Shown piece by piece: positions 42,431-50,931 of a stretch of 64,000 nt of DNA. Every line of letters begins with the position of its first letter. Position 1 is the stretch's first letter. Both the position numbers and the translations under genes were made by a program. Under the pieces are notes generated by a model. The model worked only from the letters and a program-made list of their open reading frames with translations. It ran no database searches and was not told the DNA's origin. The DNA is from Bdellovibrionales bacterium (lineage in GTDB: Bacteria; Bdellovibrionota; Bdellovibrionia; Bdellovibrionales; UBA1609): contig CBDBIB010000001.1 of assembly GCA_965205945.1 (NCBI GenBank), forward strand, positions 480,001 to 544,000. Direction: 5' to 3'.

Positions 42431-43897
42431 GTGTTTATAAAATCTTTTTTATTTTTATCTCTATTATATTTCACTTTAGCAAATGCTGATGTTTCCATTA
42501 AACAAGTGAACGGAGCCTCAAAAATTATCGGAATAGACCCTCCAACAGAAGTCTGGGGTGTTTTTGTGGGAACCTATAAGATTAGTGAGACTAGTACCTA
42601 TAGCAACTGTCCATTTTCCCTCCTAGATGACACCACTAATGGAACAACTGGAACACCCGACCCCCAAAACCCTAACGTTGGAACTTTTCACGGTTGTCAT
42701 GAAAATAGAGTAAACGGCAGTTCCGTTATCTCAATTCAATTTACAGAAAGCGATGAAATTTCAAACTTAAGGGCATATGCTGTTATCAACCCTCCTTTAG
42801 AAAGCACAGGCGCTACAAATAAAAAAATTAGTGAAAGCCTTAATACTGTTTCAGGCTTTAACCAAACTGAGACTGTTACTTTTACATGGAGAGAACTTTG
42901 TCAACAAATAAAAATAAACTCCTTAACATATGCAACTTTTAGAGAAGATACTCAAACTTGCAACGCAAATGGCTCTTTAACTATTGCTGTTGGGTTTGGA
43001 ACTTCACATACAGATTTAATCTCAACAAAATCTATCACCTTTAACCTATACTCCCCAAATCCTGCTCTTGGAGTTATAATAAAGCCTGCTGTTTGTGGAA
43101 GCCCTGTGGGTAATGAGTTTGGCTTTTGTGATTTAGCTATCGTACCTGGGGATGAAGGTGGGTACCTTTATGCAGATACAGACGCTGTTCATCAAAACAA
43201 GCTTCATCAAGCAAGTTTTTCTATTAATACTTTTGACTCTTATGGAAATAGCCTCACTCTTACAAATAATGTTGAAGGCATGAGAATTTTTGTCTCACCG
43301 ACTAGCTTCATAGATGCCCAGCCTAATGTTCCTTCCACCACCACTCATGATTTTACCATTTCAAATATATCTTTAAATATTGCGTCCTTTGAAAATAATA
43401 AGTTTAGTGGCCTTAAAAATAGCACTATAGAAAAACCCTTATCTTATTACGTCAGAGCTTCCACTATAGATTCAAGTGGCACTATCTCTCAACTAATGGG
43501 TGATAGCTACTGCCCAGGGGGAATTTGCAACGAATTTAAAATCTCTCCAAGTCAAGTTGCAGGAATCATCTCTGAAAACTCTTGTTTTATAACCACTGCA
43601 ACTTATGGCTCTGACCAAGCTTACCAGGTTAATTTTTTTAAAGCCTTTAGAAAGAAATTTTTGTTTACTAATAGCTTTGGTCGTAAGATTATTCTTCTTT
43701 ACAACACTTACGGCCCCATAGGAGCTGATTGGATCCGGACACACCCTTTCAGTCAAAAGTATATTCGTATACTTCTTTACCCTTTTTACGGTTTTGCTTA
43801 TTTAAGTGTTCGTTTTAGTATTTTTTTAGCACTCTTAATTTATTTGAATCTAGCTTTCCTCCTCTTTAGTTTGATAAAACGCAAGGTCTTTGAGTAA
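42431..43897 (+). CDS. Exported Cys-containing protein with CFI-box-CTERM domain
   Basis: Signal peptide (ANA|DV); C-terminal SCFITTATYGS..V..FKAFR..L...FGR.....Y..YGP..A..I followed by TM helix and KRK. Confidence 0.85.
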   Translation: MFIKSFLFLSLLYFTLANADVSIKQVNGASKIIGIDPPTEVWGVFVGTYKISETSTYSNCPFSLLDDTTNGTTGTPDPQNPNVGTFHGCHENRVNGSSVISIQFTESDEISNLRAYAVINPPLESTGATNKKISESLNTVSGFNQTETVTFTWRELCQQIKINSLTYATFREDTQTCNANGSLTIAVGFGTSHTDLISTKSITFNLYSPNPALGVIIKPAVCGSPVGNEFGFCDLAIVPGDEGGYLYADTDAVHQNKLHQASFSINTFDSYGNSLTLTNNVEGMRIFVSPTSFIDAQPNVPSTTTHDFTISNISLNIASFENNKFSGLKNSTIEKPLSYYVRASTIDSSGTISQLMGDSYCPGGICNEFKISPSQVAGIISENSCFITTATYGSDQAYQVNFFKAFRKKFLFTNSFGRKIILLYNTYGPIGADWIRTHPFSQKYIRILLYPFYGFAYLSVRFSIFLALLIYLNLAFLLFSLIKRKVFE

Positions 43898-43904
43898 AAT
43901 ATAA

Positions 43905-44828
43905 ATGTCTATAAAACTACTACTTATTATTTTTAACGCTTACTTAGTTTTTTCTAGTGATCTTGTTAAACCTAAAAAAGTTAGTTTGGCTAACGATAAT
44001 TTTCTAATAAAAGCTAGCAATAATAATAAATTTAAGCCCCAAAAACCTATAACTACACCCCTTAGTATAAATACCTATCTTAAAAAAACACAAAAACTAA
44101 ACACTAACACTCAAATCATCATCGCTAGAAATGAAAAATACATCTACCATCCTAATCAAGAAAAAGGCCTTTATAAAATCACTCGCGAAAATGAATACAA
44201 ATACAAGTACAAAAAGTCTCCTCTTAATGGCTTTATTCACATAAAAGGCGGAAGCCTTAGCCTTGCAAACTTTCCGGCTAAAAGTTCTAAAATAAAATTT
44301 AATGACCTTTATAATTCAAACTCTATAGCAACAGCTTACTTTGAATATGAGTGGCAGCCCTTTAAAAAACACCGTTCTTTAAGCTTAAATACCGGCCTTG
44401 GCGTTTCATACGCTCAAGGACAAGGCCGCTTTATTGGCGCAGAAAACGTTAATATTAACCATAAGGCTCAAGAAGAATACACCTTTATACTTTTTCCCCT
44501 AAGTGTGGGCTTAGTTTACAAATTTAAGTTTACAAACGATCAATTATTTCTCCCTTTTGCAATTGGAGCTATTGATTATAATTTAGCAGCTGAATTTAGA
44601 AAGAACTTTAACGCCTTTAAGTATGCTGGAATACTTGGAGCTCACTGGGGAGGAGGTGTTTTATTAAACCTAGGTTGGCTTGAAAAAGCTTCTGCACTAG
44701 AGCTCGATAAAGAGTTTGGTATCAATAACACTTACATCTCTTTAGAAGGACGATACGTTATAAGTTTTTATGATGATAAAGACATCAATGGTTTTATACT
44801 TCTTGCAGGGTTAAGCTTTGAGTACTAA
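43905..44828 (+). CDS. Putative outer-membrane beta-barrel protein
   Basis: Alternating amphipathic strands, C-terminal GLSFEY beta-signal, LDKEFGINNTY motif; follows the CFI-box-CTERM gene. Confidence 0.65.
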   Translation: MSIKLLLIIFNAYLVFSSDLVKPKKVSLANDNFLIKASNNNKFKPQKPITTPLSINTYLKKTQKLNTNTQIIIARNEKYIYHPNQEKGLYKITRENEYKYKYKKSPLNGFIHIKGGSLSLANFPAKSSKIKFNDLYNSNSIATAYFEYEWQPFKKHRSLSLNTGLGVSYAQGQGRFIGAENVNINHKAQEEYTFILFPLSVGLVYKFKFTNDQLFLPFAIGAIDYNLAAEFRKNFNAFKYAGILGAHWGGGVLLNLGWLEKASALELDKEFGINNTYISLEGRYVISFYDDKDINGFILLAGLSFEY

Positions 44829-44837
44829 GTAAGTTTT

Positions 44838-45617
44838 ATGATACGAATAAGGCTTCACATTTCATATGATGGCACTAATTACCTTGGTTGGCAGAAACAA
44901 AATAAACAAGAAGGCCTCACCATTCAAGGAGAGCTTGAAAAAGCGATAATAAGCCTTACAGGAGAAACCTCTTTAACAACTGGCGCAGGAAGAACTGATG
45001 CCGGAGCCCACGCCGATGAGCAAGTTGTTCATTTTGACATTAAAAATAATCTTAACCGCTTTGACTGGGTTAGGGGTTTAAATAGATTTTTACCAGAACC
45101 CATAAGAGTTCAAACAGCTTTTTATGCCCCCCCCCATTTTCATGCTTTACATGACAGTATTTCAAAAACTTATATCTACAGCCTTCAAGACGGCTCCTCT
45201 AAAAACCCATTAACTTCAAAGTATTCCCACTGGATTTCAAGTTCTGTAAATATAACTTACTTAAATACTCTTAGCGCCTGCTTCGTTGGTGAGCATGATT
45301 TTAAATCTTTTCAAACAACAGGAACTCCTATGGCTACAACTATTCGAGAAATTTATAAATTTAAATGGACTCAAACTTCTAAAACAAGCCTTCAAGCACA
45401 TATTGTAGGAAATGGATTTTTAAAGCAGATGATTCGAAATATGGTTGGAACTCTTTTACACCAGTATTGGCTTAAACCCCTATCTCAGAAGCAAATTAAG
45501 GGGATTTTGGAAAAAAAAGACCGATCCAAAGCTTTTGGCACTGCTCCAGCCCATGGACTTCGCCTTCATAAAGTTAAATACCCTGTAGAACTTGACAAAA
45601 AGTGTATCAAATCATAA
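44838..45617 (+). CDS. truA: tRNA pseudouridine(38-40) synthase
   Basis: SYDGTNYLGWQKQ, GAGRTDAGAHA, GEHDF, GNGFLKQMIRNMVG, TAPAHGL. Confidence 0.96.
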   Translation: MIRIRLHISYDGTNYLGWQKQNKQEGLTIQGELEKAIISLTGETSLTTGAGRTDAGAHADEQVVHFDIKNNLNRFDWVRGLNRFLPEPIRVQTAFYAPPHFHALHDSISKTYIYSLQDGSSKNPLTSKYSHWISSSVNITYLNTLSACFVGEHDFKSFQTTGTPMATTIREIYKFKWTQTSKTSLQAHIVGNGFLKQMIRNMVGTLLHQYWLKPLSQKQIKGILEKKDRSKAFGTAPAHGLRLHKVKYPVELDKKCIKS

Positions 45618-45692
45618 ATCATAACTTAATTTTAACTTACAAATTTAGACTTTAAAACTATGTGTTTTAAAGCTATATAATGACAGGAACAT

Positions 45693-46130
45693 ATGAAAAC
45701 TTGGACCGCAAAACCAAATGAAATAAAAAGAAAGTGGTGGGTTGTTGATGCCACAGGAAAAACTCTAGGTAGACTTTCAACAGAAATAGCACAAACTCTT
45801 AGAGGAAAGAATAAACCTGAGTTTACACCCCATGTTGATGTAGGTGATTTTGTTGTGGTTATTAATTCTAAAAAAGTTAAAATTAATGGAAATAAGGCTG
45901 AACAAAAAACTTATTTCAGGCATACAGGATATTTTGGTGGGATTAAAGAAACTTCTTATAAAGAAATGCTTAAAAATCACCCTGATAGGATCATTATAAA
46001 CGCCGTTAAAGGCATGCTTCCAAAGAATATTCTTTCTTCACAGGTCATTAAAAAACTAAAGGTTTATGCTGACTCTAAACACCCACACTCAGCTCAAAAG
46101 CCTGAATTACTTACACTTAAGGAGCTTTAA
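45693..46130 (+). CDS. rplM: 50S ribosomal protein L13
   Basis: WWVVDATGKTLGRL, LRGKNKPEFTPHVDVGD, AVKGMLPKN, HPHSAQKP. Confidence 0.99.
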   Translation: MKTWTAKPNEIKRKWWVVDATGKTLGRLSTEIAQTLRGKNKPEFTPHVDVGDFVVVINSKKVKINGNKAEQKTYFRHTGYFGGIKETSYKEMLKNHPDRIIINAVKGMLPKNILSSQVIKKLKVYADSKHPHSAQKPELLTLKEL

Positions 46131-46133
46131 TTT

Positions 46134-46523
46134 ATGTCTGAAGTTTTTTACGCAACAGGAAGAAGAAAGACTAGTGCTGCAAGAGTTTTCTTGAAAACAG
46201 GAACTGGAAAAATTACCATTAATGGCAAAAAATTAGAAGATTACGTGGTTGATCCAGTTAAAAGACAACTTGTTCTTCAGCCATTTCAAGTCACTAGCAC
46301 TAAAGATCAATTTGATGCTTTTATAACTGTTAACGGTGGTGGACTTACTGGACAAGCTGGTGCTGTAAGACACGGTATATCAAGAGCACTTTCTGGAGCT
46401 GATAAAACTCATAGACCTTCTCTTAAAGCTGTTGGTCTTCTTACTCGTGACCCAAGAATGGTTGAAAGAAAAAAGTACGGTTTACATAAGGCAAGAAAGG
46501 CCACTCAATTTTCAAAACGTTAG
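46134..46523 (+). CDS. rpsI: 30S ribosomal protein S9
   Basis: [45 protein letters not shown]. Confidence 0.99.
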   Translation: MSEVFYATGRRKTSAARVFLKTGTGKITINGKKLEDYVVDPVKRQLVLQPFQVTSTKDQFDAFITVNGGGLTGQAGAVRHGISRALSGADKTHRPSLKAVGLLTRDPRMVERKKYGLHKARKATQFSKR

Positions 46524-46596
46524 CCTTACCCACATTTTATAAAACTGTAATGTTACACAAAATAAATATTAATAAAATATCAACTAAGGATGAAAA

Positions 46597-47598
46597 ATGT
46601 TAAATACAATAAAAATAGCAGCAATCACAATATTATTTTGCACCGGGTGCACAGACAACAGCTCAAAGGAACCTATTTTTACCATCGGCACTGGTGGAGT
46701 TTCTGCAACCTATTACCCAATTGGTGGGGTGATTGCAAATGCAATTTCTAACCCACCTGACTCTCGCCCCTGTAAGGAAGGTGGATCTTGTGGTGTACCC
46801 AACCTAATTGCATCAGCCGTATCCTCGCGTGGTTCAGTTGATAACATTAATGCCATTAGTTCCGGCCTTCGAAACTCAGGTTTTGTCCAATCAGACGTAA
46901 CCTTTTGGGCCTATACTGGAACTGGCACAATGCAAGATCAACCTCCCTCTAAAAATCTACGCGCCATTGCTTCCTTGTTTCTAGAGCACATCCACCTTAT
47001 TACCCTTAATAATAGTGGCATCGATACAATTGCTGATCTTGCAGGCAAACGTGTATCATTAGATGAACCTGGTTCAGGCACCCGAGTTGATGCTAACCTC
47101 ATCCTTAAAGCAAATAATCTAGCTGCTGATAGCTTTATTCCAAAAGCCCTAAACTCCAGTGACGCAATTAAAGCTTTAATAAACGATGAAATCGATGCTT
47201 TCTTCTTCGTTGGTGGTTATCCCATCAACTCAATTACAGAACTAGCAGAAAACAACTCCATCAAGCTTGTTCCCATTGATGGTGAAGGAGCTAATACACT
47301 GATTGATGAATATGGCTTTTTCTCAATCTCTAATATACCAGCAAATACTTATCAGGGAATTACTACTTCCACCGCTACCGTTGCCGTTGGCGCGCAATGG
47401 ATTACTAGTGACAAAGAATCTGAAGAACTCATCTATAATATCACTAAAGCTCTGTGGAATAATAATACCCGCCTACTTTTGGATAATGGCCATATTAAAG
47501 GTCGATCCATCACTCTTCAAACTGCATTAGAAGGCATCTCCATTCCTCTACACCCAGGTGCTAAAAAGTTTTACCTTGAAGTTGGTGTAACCCAATAA
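46597..47598 (+). CDS. TAXI-family TRAP solute-binding lipoprotein (orphan)
   Basis: TIGTGGVSATYYPIGG, GSVDN, QSDV, DLAGKRVSLDEPGSGT, PLHPGAKKFY; lipobox CTG-C. Confidence 0.92.
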   Translation: MLNTIKIAAITILFCTGCTDNSSKEPIFTIGTGGVSATYYPIGGVIANAISNPPDSRPCKEGGSCGVPNLIASAVSSRGSVDNINAISSGLRNSGFVQSDVTFWAYTGTGTMQDQPPSKNLRAIASLFLEHIHLITLNNSGIDTIADLAGKRVSLDEPGSGTRVDANLILKANNLAADSFIPKALNSSDAIKALINDEIDAFFFVGGYPINSITELAENNSIKLVPIDGEGANTLIDEYGFFSISNIPANTYQGITTSTATVAVGAQWITSDKESEELIYNITKALWNNNTRLLLDNGHIKGRSITLQTALEGISIPLHPGAKKFYLEVGVTQ

Positions 47599-48008
47599 CT
47601 CCTTCTTAACGCCTACTTTTAAAAAAACTATTAGTTTTTAATAATACGTTTATAATGTTCATAGCCAGTTAACTTTGAGGAGAGTTAGCTTAAAGCATAA
47701 CGAACTAAAAAAATATTGCAAAAAATGTTAGAAAGCCACTAGGGGTTTATGACAATTCTGGTAGTTATAAAACTAGCTCACGCTTACCTTTTACTAAAAC
47801 TATTCTAAATGGGATTTTTATACAACGGGAAGTACGATAAACTATAAATCAAAAGATTTTAAAATAAACAGTATAGCTGCGAATTTTGGCTTGAATTATA
47901 TTTGGCAATTGTTAAACAATTACTCTTTAAGCTTTTCTAAAATAAATATTAAATTAAAAAGAATGCCCTAAATAATCACAAAACCAAAGTTTATAAAATA
48001 AAATTTGG

Positions 48009-49013
48009 TTAATTTGATAAAATATATTTTTCTGGGTTCACAGGGATACCGTTTAAACGAACTTCATAATGTAGATGAGGACCAGAAGATCTTCCTGTAT
48101 TCCCCACTTCCGCAATCTTATCCCATCTAGAAATTTTTTGCCCAGTCTTAACATGCAACCTTGATGTATGTGCAAAGCGAGTGACTAAACCATAACCATG
48201 ATCAATAGAAACAATTTTACCGTAACCACCCTCTCTACCTGCAAAAGAAACTACCCCATCTGCAGGAGCATAAATGGGAGTTCCTATATTTGCAGCAAAA
48301 TCTAAGCCTCTATGAAATTTCCTATTTTTGGTAAATGGATCTATTCTATAGCCGAAACCTGAAGACAGCCAACCACCTGTAGGCCGTACACTTGGTGTTG
48401 CTCCCAGCAAATCCCTTTGTGATGCAATTCTTTCAAATAAAAGCATTATTTCTCTTTCAACTTTTCTCGCCCTAATAGAAGTTTTTTCAAAGCTTAATGT
48501 TAAATCAGCTTGATCTAAAGGATTCATAAATGAATACGTTGTTTTACTTGTTTTAAATACCGGAAACCATGATTTCTTTCTTTTTTTCTTTAAAACCCTA
48601 TCTTCCAAATTCTGAGTAGTCAGACTAGAAGGGTTTCGCTCATCAACTTCTTGAATCAGTGGTGTGCCTAGACTTAACTCAAGTTGATTCTTATTTTTTT
48701 CACCTGTTGCTGTAATAGCGTGAAGCTTTCTTGAAAATCTATTGATTTTTTCTAAATCAACTTGAACTGCCTCCATTTTCTCAGCATAACTCTTTACTTG
48801 GCTCTTTAGATCTTCATTTTGAACTTTTAAAAATTTACCCCTAGATTCTTTAAGCAGTAACTGAGAATAGTCAAAAACCACAAAACTTAAAAGCCCACCT
48901 CCAAGAAAACTAAGTCCTATTAGAAAAGACAACCAGACCTTAGAAAATGTAAATGAATGTGTTTGTAGCTTGTTATCTGATGTGATTACTACTGTAATTT
49001 GCTCTTGTGACAT
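48009..49013 (-). CDS. M23 family peptidoglycan endopeptidase
   Basis: TM helix plus coiled coil; HRGLD (HxxxD), GRSSGPHLHYEV (HxH). Confidence 0.93.
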   Translation of the reverse strand: MSQEQITVVITSDNKLQTHSFTFSKVWLSFLIGLSFLGGGLLSFVVFDYSQLLLKESRGKFLKVQNEDLKSQVKSYAEKMEAVQVDLEKINRFSRKLHAITATGEKNKNQLELSLGTPLIQEVDERNPSSLTTQNLEDRVLKKKRKKSWFPVFKTSKTTYSFMNPLDQADLTLSFEKTSIRARKVEREIMLLFERIASQRDLLGATPSVRPTGGWLSSGFGYRIDPFTKNRKFHRGLDFAANIGTPIYAPADGVVSFAGREGGYGKIVSIDHGYGLVTRFAHTSRLHVKTGQKISRWDKIAEVGNTGRSSGPHLHYEVRLNGIPVNPEKYILSN

Positions 49014-49033
49014 GTGCTTCTACCCTGCGCCAA

Positions 49034-49765
49034 TCATGATTCAACCTCGATAAAAAGGCAAGTCACATTGTCATCTCCCCCATTCTTATTGGCTTCTAAG
49101 ATAGCTTCATCTACAAAAGTACCTGTTGGTCTAGTCAAAAGACAATTCTGAATCCATTCATTTTTGACCAAACCATAAAGCCCATCTGAACAAAGTATAT
49201 ATTTCTCACCCACTTCAAGGTGCTTACAAAAAATATCTACATTAACCTCTAAAGCAAAGCCAATACTTCTTGTAATAACATTCTTACCCGATATGCTCTC
49301 TAAATCAACCTCTTGAATAAGCCCCGCCCTTAACTGCTCATTAACCCAAGAGTGATCTTCAGTGATCTGCCATAAGAATTCCTTTTTAAAAACATAGGCT
49401 CTAGAATCTCCAACATTTGCAATATATGCGGTTTTTTCATAAATAAAAAGAGCTACCATAGTAGTTCCCATATCATTAAGATCATCTTCACCAGGCTTAT
49501 TAGCCTCTAAATAAACAGATTTTGTTGCTTCCTTAAAACCCTTCCTTAAAAGCTCCATTGGATTACGAACACCTGAAGCTACACCCTCTTTAACTACGCT
49601 CTGAATGACCTGACAGGCTATTCTAGAGGCCACCTCTCCCCCTTTGTGTCCACCCATACCATCTGCCACAACAAAAAGCTTATTTTTTGAGTCAATCAAA
49701 ATGTTATCTTGATTGATTTTTCGTTTTTGACCAATATCAGTTTTTCCAAATACTTTTAAACGCAT
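49034..49765 (-). CDS. PP2C-type Ser/Thr phosphatase (Stp1/IreP family)
   Basis: TDIG..RKINQD, VADGMGGH, MGTT, NVGDSR, TEDHS, LCSDGL, GGDDNVT. Start taken at ATG 49765 because the longer ORF overlaps the divergent gene. Confidence 0.93.
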   Translation of the reverse strand: MRLKVFGKTDIGQKRKINQDNILIDSKNKLFVVADGMGGHKGGEVASRIACQVIQSVVKEGVASGVRNPMELLRKGFKEATKSVYLEANKPGEDDLNDMGTTMVALFIYEKTAYIANVGDSRAYVFKKEFLWQITEDHSWVNEQLRAGLIQEVDLESISGKNVITRSIGFALEVNVDIFCKHLEVGEKYILCSDGLYGLVKNEWIQNCLLTRPTGTFVDEAILEANKNGGDDNVTCLFIEVES

Positions 49766-49818
49766 AGTGTAAAGATTAGAGGAATATTGTAACCTTTCCA
49801 AGTGAGAAAAACTCGCCT

Positions 49819-49845
49819 TTAAAAGAGTTCTATTGTATCCGATAC
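49819..49845 (+). promoter_or_regulatory. Putative sigma28 promoter, near-leaderless TonB-domain gene
   Basis: TTAA-N15-TCCGATAC, 8 nt before ATG 49854. Confidence 0.4.
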
Positions 49846-49853
49846 TATAATTG

Positions 49854-50804
49854 ATGAAAAAAGATGCCAAAAAACTGTTTTTATTAATACTAGCCTCAAT
49901 AACTCTGCATTTAAGCGTTTTCTACACTCTTGTTTTTTTAAGTGATTTTATTCTCTATAAAGAAATAAACAGGCTTCTTAATCATAAAATTGTAGATAAA
50001 ACTAAAGACCTTTCCACACAAATTCAGCTTGTAGATATAGATAAAAAACAAGTTGTCGACCAAAGCAAAAATTCTATTAATAACACCCCTCCTCTAAAAG
50101 ATACAAAGTTTTTAAGTATTAATGATCAAACTGTACAAAAAGAATCTCAAGCTCGTCAAAACGGAGCCTTTCAAAATAGCAGGCAACGACCTTTGAGTGC
50201 ATCAATAAAGAACACTGCTTTAATGATTTCAGCAGAAGAGCTTTTATTAAACTCAACTTTTTTTAAAACAACAGACACCATAAAAAAAGACCTCGCCTTA
50301 AAGGGACTTAAAAGCTCATTAAATAAAAACACCCTTGCACAACACAAAATGAAATTTATAAAAAAACTCTCCTCCCAAGACACCACTAAAGCTCTACAGA
50401 CTACAGGTCCAAGTCAAACCGATGATTTTTTAGAAAATATTAAAAAATCTGAATTTACCTTTTTAAATACTCGTAGAACACAGTATTTTTCTTTTTATTC
50501 TAGAATTAAAACTCAACTACGAAGTCATTGGAATCCGTTAATACGTGAGGAGGTCTCTTTTATTTATACAACTAAACAAAACCCTTCTTCCATTGGTAAA
50601 AAGAAAACTTCTGTGCAAATTACTCTTGATAAAGACGGCTACTTAGAAGAAATTGCTCTTTTAAAAACCTCTGGTAGCAAAGCTATTGATACCGCAGCCA
50701 TTAAAGCCCTTCGATTAGCAGCCCCTTTTCCAAACCCACCAAAAGGAATGCTTGAAAAAGATAAGAAAATTCGCATTTTTTGGGATTTCGTGTTAGAAAC
50801 ATAA
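49854..50804 (+). CDS. TonB C-terminal domain protein
   Basis: N-terminal TM SITLH (SxxxH); C-terminal YFSFYSRIK..W..TSGSKAIDTAA..AAPFPNPP. Confidence 0.85.
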   Translation: MKKDAKKLFLLILASITLHLSVFYTLVFLSDFILYKEINRLLNHKIVDKTKDLSTQIQLVDIDKKQVVDQSKNSINNTPPLKDTKFLSINDQTVQKESQARQNGAFQNSRQRPLSASIKNTALMISAEELLLNSTFFKTTDTIKKDLALKGLKSSLNKNTLAQHKMKFIKKLSSQDTTKALQTTGPSQTDDFLENIKKSEFTFLNTRRTQYFSFYSRIKTQLRSHWNPLIREEVSFIYTTKQNPSSIGKKKTSVQITLDKDGYLEEIALLKTSGSKAIDTAAIKALRLAAPFPNPPKGMLEKDKKIRIFWDFVLET

Positions 50805-50931
50805 ACAGTGTTTTAAACCTTAAACTCATATAACCTTTTTTAAAAATTTTAAAGAAAAATACAAAGATTGACTTCACTACCACTTACCGTTTGGATACTT
50901 TCTTACTGGTGAAAAACATGGAGAATATAAT

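Noticed and set aside
47645..47839. ~65-codon open frame downstream of the TAXI gene
   Set aside because: No ATG or SD at its start and no recognisable similarity.
49766..49870. N-terminal extension of the PP2C ORF
   Set aside because: Overlaps the divergent TonB-domain gene and its promoter; family homology starts at MRLKVFGKTD.
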